64,000 bases of DNA from an uncultured Candidatus Peribacteria bacterium (lineage in GTDB: Bacteria; Patescibacteriota; Gracilibacteria; RBG-16-42-10). Below the pieces are notes generated by a model. The model searched no databases and had not been told where the DNA came from. It saw only the letters and a list, made by a program, of their open reading frames with translations. How positions within the stretch are numbered: the first letter of the stretch is position 1; each line of letters opens with the position of its first letter. Location: the NCBI GenBank assembly GCA_964514565.1, contig CAZERA010000004.1:40793-104792 (forward strand), in the 5' to 3' direction. Below, one piece after another: positions 26,943 to 36,950 of the stretch. A program made the translations under genes and the position numbers.

Positions 26943-28855
26943 ATTTGTTCGCGGATCTTTTCTGCTGTATGTTCGTCTACCACTTCTAGTAATTTTTCCC
27001 AAGAAGCTTCTTTAATACCTAGCACACTGCCAAAGGTAGCCAGAAGCTTCTTTTTTGTTTTGGGGCCGATACCTGGGATAGTATCTAATACGGATTGTAC
27101 CATTTTCTTGCCGCGCATTTTGCGATGACCTTGAATGGCAAAGCGATGAGCCTCATCTCGAATACGTTGAATCAAGAAAAACTCTGGGCTGTCTTTGGGC
27201 AGTAGAATAGGCAAGCGTTGTTTGGGGACAAATATTTCTTCTTCTTGTTTGGCCAAGCTGACTACTTTGGGGAGGACAACCTTGCTGCCACTTTTGACTA
27301 CGGCTCGAAGTGCAGTCATTACACTGCTAAGCTGACCTTTTCCTCCATCGATAATAATCAAATCTGGTTGTTCTGGTAGTGAGACAGTATCAATTTTCTC
27401 CTTACGTCTTTTTTTCTTGTCTCGATAGACGCTGTCCAGATATTGGATACGGCGTGAAAGTACTTCTTGCAGTGAAGCAAAATCGTTATTGACACCTTCT
27501 TCGAGGTCTTTGATCGTAAAGCGGCGATAATGACTATTGAGTGGTTTGCCATCGACGAATACGATCATGGATCCTACTTTGTTTGTACCTTGAATATGCG
27601 AAATGTCGTAGCATTCAATTCTCCTCGGCAATGTTTTCATTTTCAGAGCTTGCTGCAATGACTCTAATGCTCCACTGGTATGTTGACGTTCGCGCTCCCA
27701 TGCTTGTTTATTTGCCTCTAGCTGAAGGGCGGCATTTTCTTCCACCATACTAATCAACTGTCGCTTTTCACCTCGTTCTGGAGCAAGCAATGTGACTTTC
27801 TTTCCTTTCAGATCAGTAAGGAACTGCGCTAGTAGTTTGTCTTCTGCTAAGGCCACACTTGTCATTATCTCTTCAGGAATAGAGCTGGCATCAGTGTAGT
27901 ACTGTTGGATAAATGACTCCAAAATATTGTCGACTGTCTCTTCTTTACTTTGGTCGGTGAGATTGAAATGTTCGGTGCGGATAATGTGGCCATTACGGAT
28001 CATGAAAAGGGCGATCACCGCATTGGCAGCATCTTTGGCTACTGCGATCACATCTTGATTGTGACCAGAGGTAAGGATGGCGTACTGTTTTTCATTGAGT
28101 ACAGACAATGCGTACAGTCTATCTCGATATTTTGCCGCTTGCTCAAAAGCTTTTTTTGCGACTGCCTCTTTCATCGCTGATTCCCATTGTTTTTCTAAAT
28201 CTTGATAATCCCCTCCTAGAATAGCGCAAATATTGGCTATATTTGTTTGATATTCTTCCTTGGTCACTTTTCCAATACAAGGTGCTTGGCAACGTTTAAT
28301 ATAATAATCCAAACAAGGCGCTTGGCGGCTTAAATTATGGGTGACAGTTTGTCCTGGCGTAATTTCATTGATGTCACCGTGACAGCTTCGGTAAGGAAAA
28401 AGCTTTTGTAGGCCTTTTAGGGTTTTAAAGATACTATCAGTAGAGGTATATGGTCCGAAGTAATGGTGTTTGGTATCTTTTTTGAAATGTCTCACTATTT
28501 CTATTTCTGGGAAGTCGACATCTTTGGCTATTTTGGCATAGACATAGTTTTTGTCATCCTTCATCAAAATATTGTATTTGGGACGAATACTTTTGATCAG
28601 GTTGGTTTCTAGGACCAGAGCTTCGAGCTCAGTTCTGGTGATAGTAAACTCAATATTAACGATTCGCTCCCGCATCACTGCTACTTTGGGAGCGATCGTT
28701 TTATTTTGCTGGAAATAAGATTTTACTCGTTTTCGTAAGTTTTTCGCTTTACCGACATAGATAATTTGATTGTCTTTGTCGAGCATCTTGTAGACTCCAG
28801 GCTGAGTACTACATTTTTTGAGTAAATCTTTGATAGTGTCACTGACTGCAAACAT
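26939..28855 (-). CDS. uvrC: Excinuclease ABC subunit C
   Basis: PGVY...IYVGKAKNLRKRV, PKYN, FEQAAKYRD, RIECYDISH, DGGKGQ, RDEAHRFA, IPGIG. Confidence 0.98.
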   Translation of the reverse strand: MFAVSDTIKDLLKKCSTQPGVYKMLDKDNQIIYVGKAKNLRKRVKSYFQQNKTIAPKVAVMRERIVNIEFTITRTELEALVLETNLIKSIRPKYNILMKDDKNYVYAKIAKDVDFPEIEIVRHFKKDTKHHYFGPYTSTDSIFKTLKGLQKLFPYRSCHGDINEITPGQTVTHNLSRQAPCLDYYIKRCQAPCIGKVTKEEYQTNIANICAILGGDYQDLEKQWESAMKEAVAKKAFEQAAKYRDRLYALSVLNEKQYAILTSGHNQDVIAVAKDAANAVIALFMIRNGHIIRTEHFNLTDQSKEETVDNILESFIQQYYTDASSIPEEIMTSVALAEDKLLAQFLTDLKGKKVTLLAPERGEKRQLISMVEENAALQLEANKQAWERERQHTSGALESLQQALKMKTLPRRIECYDISHIQGTNKVGSMIVFVDGKPLNSHYRRFTIKDLEEGVNNDFASLQEVLSRRIQYLDSVYRDKKKRRKEKIDTVSLPEQPDLIIIDGGKGQLSSVMTALRAVVKSGSKVVLPKVVSLAKQEEEIFVPKQRLPILLPKDSPEFFLIQRIRDEAHRFAIQGHRKMRGKKMVQSVLDTIPGIGPKTKKKLLATFGSVLGIKEASWEKLLEVVDEHTAEKIREQI

Positions 28856-28901
28856 AGATAGAAGTAATCTTTTTATGTTATACTACTAGGAAACAAAATT
28901 T

Positions 28902-30176
28902 ATGGATATTTTTTCTCCTTTATTAACTTCGCTGGGATTATCAATTGGTATTGGTGTCCTAGTGGGGATTGAGCGCGAATCTTATCGTCAGCAGGGGGCT
29001 AATACCATTGCTGGTTTACGCACATTCATTTTTATCAGTGTTTGGGGATTCTTGACTGGTGTGATTGCACAAACATGGTTAATGGCATTTTTGCCTATTT
29101 CCTTTTTTTGTTTAGTAATGACACTTATTTCAGTATATTACAGTCGTGTAAGTCAAGGTGAAAAGCATGGTTTAACCACTGAGATGGCTGCAATTGTTAC
29201 TTTTCTTCTAGCAGCATTATCTCTACAATTAGATCATAGCATTATCTTAGCATTAGGAGTATTAGTGGCGTTGGCACTGTCTACTAAAAATATTTTCACT
29301 CACTGGTTGACTGTTTTCCCTCGGGAAGCAGTACTTGCTACTGTACAGTTTGCTGTACTTAGTGCTGTGGTTCTACCTTTCTTGCCGAATCAGTATATGG
29401 GACCTTGGCATTTTTTTAATCCTTATGTTGCTTGGTGGATGGTAGTTTTAGTATCTGGTATTAGTTTTGTCGGATATGTTCTCAACTTATTGTTTACTAG
29501 TCGCAAGAGTATATTAGTTAGTTCTGCAATCGGTGGTTTAGTTTCTTCTACTGCAGTGACTACATCGATGTCACAATTATCAAAGCATGCTACTGGTTCG
29601 GTTAGTTTGTTTGTAACTGGCTGTATAGTGGCTAGTTCGATTGCATCTTTACGGGTATTAGCTACAGCCTCTATCATATACACGCCAATCTTTTTTGTGC
29701 TCTTTTTACCGATGTTTTTGCTGACTATTATCGGTGGCATATTTATTGGGCGGATTTATAGTAAGCCGGTGATCACAGAAGAAAAAGTAAGTTTGGATAA
29801 TCCATTTCAAATTGGATCAGCAATTACTTTTGCTGTTTTATTTGTCATAATTTCTTTTTTAGCTCGTACTAGTACTGGTTTTTTTGGTATTCAAGGCTTA
29901 TATGTGACTAGTCTTTTTGCTGGTGTTGCTGATGTAGATGCAATGACTATTTCTGCTAGCCAGTTAGCTAATTTAGGAACGATTAGTGCAAACCAAGCTA
30001 GTATCACGGTTCTTCTGGTATTTCTCAGCAATATGGTAGTCAAGTGTGTGATCACTTTGGTTTTTGGTCATCGTAATATGCGCAAATTGATCTTAAGTTA
30101 CACAGCAATTGTTTTGATCATCATTCTTTTAGCTGTCTTGTTTTTGCACTGGAGTAATTTTAATGTTCAATTCTAG
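28902..30176 (+). CDS. MgtC/SapB-family membrane protein with DUF4010-like region
   Basis: GIERE, AGLRTF, GLTTE, GGLVSSTAVT, GVADVDA. Confidence 0.88.
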   Translation: MDIFSPLLTSLGLSIGIGVLVGIERESYRQQGANTIAGLRTFIFISVWGFLTGVIAQTWLMAFLPISFFCLVMTLISVYYSRVSQGEKHGLTTEMAAIVTFLLAALSLQLDHSIILALGVLVALALSTKNIFTHWLTVFPREAVLATVQFAVLSAVVLPFLPNQYMGPWHFFNPYVAWWMVVLVSGISFVGYVLNLLFTSRKSILVSSAIGGLVSSTAVTTSMSQLSKHATGSVSLFVTGCIVASSIASLRVLATASIIYTPIFFVLFLPMFLLTIIGGIFIGRIYSKPVITEEKVSLDNPFQIGSAITFAVLFVIISFLARTSTGFFGIQGLYVTSLFAGVADVDAMTISASQLANLGTISANQASITVLLVFLSNMVVKCVITLVFGHRNMRKLILSYTAIVLIIILLAVLFLHWSNFNVQF

Positions 30177-33100
30177 TTTATCAATAGTTACTTTTTCTTC
30201 ACGGTCAGCTAGCATGTTTGGTGTACTGATGCTGTCAGCAAGGGTTTCACGGGCGATATATGATCCACAAGTAGTAAGTACTTTGTGAGCAAGCTCGGTC
30301 TCACTCAGAACTTCGATATTGATGACAATGCGGCCATCTACTTGGTAGCTGGCAGCTTTGCGCATTTCTTGAATGTGTCTGACGATCTCTCGCGCATACC
30401 CCTCAGCAATCAGTTCTTCGCTAAGATTAGTATCCAAGGCTACTACGATATTACCTTCACTGAGCACACTCATGCCTGGTTCTGTCTTGTATACCACTTC
30501 AAATTCCTCAGGACTCAATGTGAATTTATCTGCGACAGTTACTGAACCATTGTCTTCAAATACAATATTTTGATCCCGCGCTGCTTGCATAATAGTTTGT
30601 ACATCATTGCCAAACTTTGGCCCAACAATTGCTGCGCGAGGTTTGATCCCTTTTTGAATAGTAGCTTGATCAGGGCTAGTCATAAACACATTTTTGACAT
30701 TGAGTTCTTCAGCAATTACTTGTAGTTCTTCGGCTTGGAGACGCATAGGAGCAATTACGGTCGCTGATGGTAGTGGTTGCCGAGTTTTTAACTTTTGATT
30801 GGCGCGAATAGCGTGACCTAGATTGACTATATTACGCATGAATGCCATCTCTTCATTGAGAGCTGGACGGACAAAACTAGTAATGCTGCGGGGGAAGCTA
30901 GCCATGTGCACAGATTTTTTGCCTACTAAGTTTCGATACATATGTTCACTGACAAAAGGGACAAAAGGAGCGATTACTTTTACTAGTGTTGTAAGGACAT
31001 GATAAAGTGTTTGATAGGCGCTGTTTTTGTCTTGATCATTTTCAGCTTTCCAGAAACGACGGCGAGATCTACGCACGTACCAGTTGGAGAGATTATCTAC
31101 AAATTGCTCGATCTTATTGGTGGCCTCCCAAATTTGGTAACCATCAAGTTGTTGTTCCACTTCTGCCACCATAGTGTGCAGCTCTGATAGAATCCAGCGA
31201 TCCAGTTTGTGTTCGCTCCATGGCATCACATAGCGATCAATGCTTCCGAGAGCGAATTTGCTTGTAAGTACTTGGTCTGATGGTGTGTGGTTGAAGTATT
31301 TATCGATCATTTTTTTGACCATGCCATTGGCAATGATCATCACTGTTTCACCTGCACATTTTTCTTTTACTTCATCTAGGAAAGAGAAGACACGTTCTTC
31401 CAGATCCAGGTATGATTCCCCTTCTGGAAATTTCTGAGAATACTGGTTGGTAAGACTGTTCAAATAGCTTTCTACATCAGCTGCTAGCTTGCCATCAAAG
31501 GTACCAAGATTGAGCTCTCTCAGTCGATCATCTTCACTGATTGTTACTTGATGAAATTGGGCAATAATGTCTGCTACCTCACGAGTGCGGGTAATTGGTG
31601 CTGCAAAGATCTTGTCGATCTTACTGTGTTTAAATTCTTGGCCAATAGCTTCAGCATCGCGATGTCCTTTTTCTGTGAGGTGATAGGTCTGGTCTTTGTC
31701 ACTTGCCACTACTCCCAGTGGGACGTTTTCTGATTCGGTGTGTTGGACACTGATTACTTTGGTAAATTTCTGTGGCTGAAATTGATCAATATTGGCGTAA
31801 GTGACAAAGAATGAATAGACATTCCATAGTGTCAGCAAAAACTTACGCAAAGATTGTTCTACTAGATTGACTGAGAAATTACGTGGTTGGCTAGGAGGTG
31901 AAGCGTGGAACATATACCAACGAAGTGCATCAGCTCCATGCTTTTCAGTCACCTCCATTGGCTCGACAATATTGCCTAGTGATTTACTCATTTTTAGTCC
32001 TTTCTCGTCCAAGATATGACCTAAACAAATGACGTTTTTATAGGGAGTTTTGTCCCAAATAGCGGTACTGACTGCGAGGAGTGTATAGAACCAGCCACGA
32101 GTTTGATCAATTGCTTCGCAAATATAATCAGCTGGGAAGTAGTTGTCATTGAAATCTTGGTCCTTGATATCAAATGGGTAGTGAACTTGAGCAATTGGCA
32201 TAGCTCCAGAATCAAACCAACAATCAATCACTTCCTCTACACGATGACTGACTCCACCACATTCACAAGGAATGGTGACAGCATCGATGTATGGCCTGTG
32301 GAGATCTCTTTCGCCTTTGTCATTGATTGGGAGATCTTGGCCACTTTTCTTTTGCAACTCGATCATCGATCCCACACACAAGGTTTTGTGACAAGAGTTG
32401 CATTCCCAGACTGGTAATGGTGTACCCCAATAACGATTGCGGGATAATGCCCAATCTTTGATTTCACTCAGCCAGTTGCCAAAGCGCCCTTCTTTGATGT
32501 GTTCAGGATGCCAGTTGATTGCTTGATTGTTTTTGATCAGTTCATCTCTCAGCTGAGACATTCGAATAAACCAAGACGTAATTGCAAAGTAAATCAGTGG
32601 TGTCTTACAACGCCAACAGTGTGGATAATTGTGTTCGTATTTTTCTTTCTTGAGCAACATATTTCTACTAGCAAGATCCTTGAGAATTTCTACATCTAGG
32701 CCTTCTTCTTTGAAATAGCGGCCACTATAGACGCCACTACCATCAATAAATTTACCTTCTTTGTTGACGTGCTGCAGTCTTGGTAAGTCATATTTTTGAA
32801 TCACCTGATAATCCTCCTCACCATAGAGAGCAATATGAACAATGCCAGTACCATCTGTAGTAGTGACAAATGGTTCAGCTACTACGTACCAGCCTTTTTT
32901 CTCGCTAGGATAATAATTCCAGGGCGCTTCATAACCTGTACCCACCAAATCTGATCCCTGGTAGGTGTTTTCTACTGTATACTGAGGTTTTCCTTCAGCA
33001 TCTTTGGGCAATACATCGCTATAAGCAGCCAAACGATCAGTGGCAATAATAATTGCTGTATTTTGGTCGATCCTGATCTGGCTATATTCAATTTCTGCTC

Positions 33101-33872
33101 CTACACAAAGAGCGAGATTTCCCAGTAATGTCCAAGGAGTAGTAGTCCAAGCAGCTAAATAAACTGTCTCACTATCCTTGCTAAATTTCGCTTGGTCGGT
33201 AATTTTAAACAAAGCAGTGAGGGACATATCTTTGACGGTCTGATATTCCTGCGCTACTTCGTGACTAGAGAGCGGTGTACCACAACGACAACAATACGGT
33301 ACTATTTTGAGATCACGGTACAACAATCCTTTTTCCCAGATTTGTTTGAGACACCACCAGACTGACTCGATATAGTCTGGTGAATAAGTGACATAAGGAT
33401 TTTTCATATCTACCCAATAACCAATTCGCTCGGTCATTTCCTCGAAAGCATGTGTGAATTTGTGTACTGAATCTTTACACTTATTATTGAAGGCCTCGAT
33501 GCCGTATTCTTCAATTTGTTTTTTACCAGAAATACCCAGTTCTTTTTCTACTTGTAACTCAACTGGTAGACCATGCGTATCCCAACCTGCTTTGCGTTCA
33601 ATATAAAAACCTTGCATTGTTTTGTAGCGCAAGATGACATCTTTGAAAACGCGTGCTAGTACGTGATGTACACCTGGTTTGCCATTGGCAGTGGGAGGAC
33701 CCTCGTAGAATACAAAGTGTTTGCCATCTTCACGCAAAGTTTGTACTTTTTGAAAAATATTTTCTTGTTGCCAGAAAGCGAGGATGTCTTTTTCTAGTTC
33801 AGGAAATGACTGTTTGACTTGTACAGGAATAAAGGTAGTACTGGCTGGATCTTGTTTCTCGGGGGTATCCAT
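30129..33872 (-). CDS. ileS: Isoleucyl-tRNA synthetase (type 2) with an inserted histidine-phosphatase-like domain
   Basis: YEGPPTANGKPGVHH, GWDTHGLPVE, AWTTTPWTL, DGTGIVH, DWALSRNRYWGTP, DQTRGWFY, KMSKS, NWYVRRSRRRFW. Confidence 0.97.
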   Translation of the reverse strand: MDTPEKQDPASTTFIPVQVKQSFPELEKDILAFWQQENIFQKVQTLREDGKHFVFYEGPPTANGKPGVHHVLARVFKDVILRYKTMQGFYIERKAGWDTHGLPVELQVEKELGISGKKQIEEYGIEAFNNKCKDSVHKFTHAFEEMTERIGYWVDMKNPYVTYSPDYIESVWWCLKQIWEKGLLYRDLKIVPYCCRCGTPLSSHEVAQEYQTVKDMSLTALFKITDQAKFSKDSETVYLAAWTTTPWTLLGNLALCVGAEIEYSQIRIDQNTAIIIATDRLAAYSDVLPKDAEGKPQYTVENTYQGSDLVGTGYEAPWNYYPSEKKGWYVVAEPFVTTTDGTGIVHIALYGEEDYQVIQKYDLPRLQHVNKEGKFIDGSGVYSGRYFKEEGLDVEILKDLASRNMLLKKEKYEHNYPHCWRCKTPLIYFAITSWFIRMSQLRDELIKNNQAINWHPEHIKEGRFGNWLSEIKDWALSRNRYWGTPLPVWECNSCHKTLCVGSMIELQKKSGQDLPINDKGERDLHRPYIDAVTIPCECGGVSHRVEEVIDCWFDSGAMPIAQVHYPFDIKDQDFNDNYFPADYICEAIDQTRGWFYTLLAVSTAIWDKTPYKNVICLGHILDEKGLKMSKSLGNIVEPMEVTEKHGADALRWYMFHASPPSQPRNFSVNLVEQSLRKFLLTLWNVYSFFVTYANIDQFQPQKFTKVISVQHTESENVPLGVVASDKDQTYHLTEKGHRDAEAIGQEFKHSKIDKIFAAPITRTREVADIIAQFHQVTISEDDRLRELNLGTFDGKLAADVESYLNSLTNQYSQKFPEGESYLDLEERVFSFLDEVKEKCAGETVMIIANGMVKKMIDKYFNHTPSDQVLTSKFALGSIDRYVMPWSEHKLDRWILSELHTMVAEVEQQLDGYQIWEATNKIEQFVDNLSNWYVRRSRRRFWKAENDQDKNSAYQTLYHVLTTLVKVIAPFVPFVSEHMYRNLVGKKSVHMASFPRSITSFVRPALNEEMAFMRNIVNLGHAIRANQKLKTRQPLPSATVIAPMRLQAEELQVIAEELNVKNVFMTSPDQATIQKGIKPRAAIVGPKFGNDVQTIMQAARDQNIVFEDNGSVTVADKFTLSPEEFEVVYKTEPGMSVLSEGNIVVALDTNLSEELIAEGYAREIVRHIQEMRKAASYQVDGRIVINIEVLSETELAHKVLTTCGSYIARETLADSISTPNMLADREEKVTIDKLELNIKITPVQKQDS

Positions 33873-34126
33873 ACAATGGTTTAATGGGGTTGTAAGGGGA
33901 AATTTCGTGCGGCAACTCTACCAGCTTTTCTGGGAAATAAAAAGTAAGAGGTATTAAGTAAAAACTTAGGTATTCTTAGCAGAAAGCGATTATTTTCTAT
34001 TGGTCAGGAATATCTTTGTTAAGCCCTTATCTTGTATGTTTGTTTCTGTGTCATTTTTTTGCTTTTGGGTTCTTTGCTCTTTGCTGTAGCCTCTGTTACT
34101 ATCACTCAAAATTACGTTCTTTTGTC

Positions 34127-36109
34127 ATGGAAAATAAACCTTTTAGGCTTGTAGCTCCGTATTCTCCCACAGGTGATCAACCCAAGGCTTTAGCTGCTTT
34201 GATCAAGGGTATTGATGAGGGGAAAGTGCATCAGACTTTGCTCGGTGCTACTGGTACCGGAAAGACGTTTATTATGGCCAATATTATCAGTCAAATTCAA
34301 AAGCCTACTTTGATTTTGGCTCATAATAAGACTTTAGCTGCACAGCTTTATTCAGAGTTCAAAGAGTTTTTTCCAGACAATGCCGTCAATTACTTTGTCT
34401 CATATTACGATTATTACCAACCAGAAGCGTACATCGCCCGGTCAGATACTTATATTGAGAAAGATGCTTCAATCAATGAAGAAATCGACAAGTACCGTCA
34501 TGCTGCTACTCGCAATCTTCTGACTCGTAGAGATGTGATTATTGTGGCTTCAGTGTCATGTATTTATGGTTTAGGCTCGGTAGAAGAATATGGCAATGTA
34601 GCGGAGAAATTGAGTGTGGGTATGAGTTACAAACGTGAAAAACTTTTGCGACATTTGGCTGATCTGCAGTACAAGCGCAATGAAGTAGCGTTCGTGCGTG
34701 GTACCTTTCGGGCTCGAGGTGACGTGGTAGAGATTTATCCTACCTATAGTGATACTGCTCTCAGAGTAGCTTTCTTTGGTGATGAGATTGAGACTTTAGA
34801 TGAGTTTGATACTTTGACTGGAGAGATTGTCGGTAGTTTGCAGTCAATTGAGGTCTTTCCTGCTAAACATGCTGTCACTTCACGTGAAGCAGTTGTTCGG
34901 GCTGTAGAGCAGATCAAGTTGGATTTGGAAGAGCGTCTCAAGGAACTCAATATGATGGGGAAGATTGTGGAGGCCCAGCGTCTCAAGCAACGTACGGAGT
35001 ACGATATCGAGATGATGATAGAGACCGGATATTGTAGTGGTATAGAAAACTATACTCGTTACCTCGGGAATCGTTCGCCTGGAGAACAACCAGCAACGCT
35101 ACTCGATTATTTCCCTGATGACTACATGATGTTTATCGATGAGTCACATATCTCAGTGCCTCAGATTGGGGGAATGTTTAATGGTAATCTCGCTCGCAAG
35201 AAAAGCTTGATTGACTATGGTTTCCGTCTACCATCAGCTTATGATAATCGTCCGCTGACATTTACTGAGTTTGAAGGTCAGATCAATAAAGTAGTTTATG
35301 TTTCTGCTACTCCTCGTGAATATGAATTGGCAAAGTCTGATCATATTGTGGTTGAGCAATTGATTCGTCCTACTGGCTTGCTTGATCCGGTGATTTCAGT
35401 CCGTCCTACTCAGAACCAAGTAGATGATTTGCTCAATGAAATCAGAATGCGAATCAAGGCCGATGAGCGTGTATTGGTTACTACTCTCACTAAGCGCATG
35501 GCCGAAGATTTGACGGAATATTTGCAAGAAGCTGGGATCCGCGTGAAGTATTTGCATTCAGATATTGAAACATTAGTACGTTTGGATATTTTGCGTGATT
35601 TGCGTTTGGGTGTAATTGAAGTGGTAGTTGGTATTAACCTTTTACGTGAAGGTCTCGATTTACCTGAGGTGAGTCTAGTAGCAATCTTGGATGCTGATAA
35701 AGAAGGTTTTTTACGTTCAGAAATGGCCTTGATCCAGACTATCGGTCGTGCTGCTCGTAATGCCAATGGTCAAGTGATTATGTACGGAGATAAGATGACG
35801 GACTCGATGAAAAAAGCGATCAAAGAAACCGATCGTCGTCGTACTATTCAGGCAGCATACAACAAAGAGCATGGCATCACACCAAAGACCATTATTAAAG
35901 AGATCCGAGATATCATGCCTCATGGCGAAATTAAACAAGATGGTGAAGCTCTTCATTCTCTACCACAAGAAGAAATCGCCAAGGTCATCGCTGAGCTTGA
36001 ACTACAAATGGACATTGCTGCTGGCAAAATGGAGTTTGAAAAAGCAGCTGAGATCCGCGATCAAATTGATGAGCTGGAAAAGCAACTCAAGAAAGGAAAG
36101 AAGAAGTAG
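34127..36109 (+). CDS. uvrB: Excinuclease ABC subunit B
   Basis: [44 protein letters not shown] at 34127 (MENKPF) preferred over the 34016 TTG. Confidence 0.98.
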   Translation: MENKPFRLVAPYSPTGDQPKALAALIKGIDEGKVHQTLLGATGTGKTFIMANIISQIQKPTLILAHNKTLAAQLYSEFKEFFPDNAVNYFVSYYDYYQPEAYIARSDTYIEKDASINEEIDKYRHAATRNLLTRRDVIIVASVSCIYGLGSVEEYGNVAEKLSVGMSYKREKLLRHLADLQYKRNEVAFVRGTFRARGDVVEIYPTYSDTALRVAFFGDEIETLDEFDTLTGEIVGSLQSIEVFPAKHAVTSREAVVRAVEQIKLDLEERLKELNMMGKIVEAQRLKQRTEYDIEMMIETGYCSGIENYTRYLGNRSPGEQPATLLDYFPDDYMMFIDESHISVPQIGGMFNGNLARKKSLIDYGFRLPSAYDNRPLTFTEFEGQINKVVYVSATPREYELAKSDHIVVEQLIRPTGLLDPVISVRPTQNQVDDLLNEIRMRIKADERVLVTTLTKRMAEDLTEYLQEAGIRVKYLHSDIETLVRLDILRDLRLGVIEVVVGINLLREGLDLPEVSLVAILDADKEGFLRSEMALIQTIGRAARNANGQVIMYGDKMTDSMKKAIKETDRRRTIQAAYNKEHGITPKTIIKEIRDIMPHGEIKQDGEALHSLPQEEIAKVIAELELQMDIAAGKMEFEKAAEIRDQIDELEKQLKKGKKK

Positions 36110-36271
36110 TTATTCTTTCTTTCCCTGATCGGGATTGATACATTCTAGCTCGCGCATGAGCTGTTCAGTGGCAAGACAAGTAGATACATCAGCTCTTGTT
36201 TCTTGAACTGTAGGAGCTGGTAGTTGCCGGCGTAATTGTTCCTGTGCCTTTTTGGGCAGTGATTCAACCAT
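36110..36271 (-). CDS. Possible 53-aa small protein
   Basis: MVESLPKKAQEQLRRQLPAPTVQETRADVSTCLATEQLMRELECINPDQGKKE; its stop abuts the uvrB stop and it is preceded by an A-rich leader. Confidence 0.4.
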   Translation of the reverse strand: MVESLPKKAQEQLRRQLPAPTVQETRADVSTCLATEQLMRELECINPDQGKKE

Positions 36272-36381
36272 ATGCTTTTTTTGATAAAAACCAAGGTCAA
36301 AATGTAATTGGGGATAAAAGATTTTGCAAGTGAACTGATTTCATTTGTGTAGGTCTAAAATTGCTTTGCTTAACTAAAGCA

Positions 36382-36915
36382 ATGAGACGATTGTCGAGTT
36401 GGGATTACTCTGCTCCGGCTGGGTATTTTATTACTATTGTTACCCACAAAAGGAGAAAGGTTTCTGGTAAACTCGTGAATGGTAAGTTGGAATGGATACC
36501 GCAAGCTTTTATCTGTCACTATTACTGGAAAAAATTGCAAAGAAATAACCACTCGTGTGCACTCGATGCGTTCGTGATTATGCCAGACCATTTTCACGGC
36601 ATCATCTGGGTGAAGTATGTGCCGAAAGAGCCTTTCGGTGGGGTAATTCATGAATTACCGCACGAGGCGGAGCAGTTCGTGGCACATCAACGGAGAACTA
36701 TGATGCTCGTGAAGTTAGTTGGTAAGTTTAAGATGCAGTCAGCGAAACATGTGAATCTTTTTCAGAATAGTTCTGGTAAAGCTTTGTGAAAGCGTGGCTA
36801 TCATGAACGTATTATTCGTAACCAGCGAGCATTGTCTAATATTCGTTTTTACATTGCTCAGAATCCTCGCAAATGGGAAATGCGTTATCGACCTTCACAG
36901 TGGTGGGTTAGTTGA
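36382..36915 (+). pseudogene. REP-associated tyrosine transposase (RAYT, Y1/IS200-like HUH fold) interrupted by an in-frame TGA
   Basis: RLSSWDYSAPAGYFITIVT, FVIMPDHFHGII (HUH), then AL*KRGYHERIIRN...IRFYIAQNP..W; TGA at 36787-36789 sits where the conserved Trp of LWQRGY is expected. Confidence 0.85.
36638..36663. repeat. REP-like palindrome inside the RAYT coding sequence
   Basis: GTG-G-GGTAATTCATGAATTACC-G-CAC; perfect 18-bp palindrome at 36642-36659. Confidence 0.7.
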
Positions 36916-36950
36916 GTAAGATATTTCTGTCTACTTTATTTTTGTGATTT

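Noticed and set aside
34016..34126. N-terminal extensions from the ORF track for uvrB (also 1884, 49419, 55416, 62720)
   Set aside because: The extensions cover promoter-like or AT-rich DNA or overlap neighbours; homology and signal peptides begin at the downstream starts used
36787..36789. Alternative genetic code (TGA = Trp or Gly) suggested by the RAYT in-frame TGA
   Set aside because: RF2 is encoded, TGA ends genes at 18296, 7542 and 51527 (two in ATGA overlaps), and long housekeeping ORFs have no internal TGA
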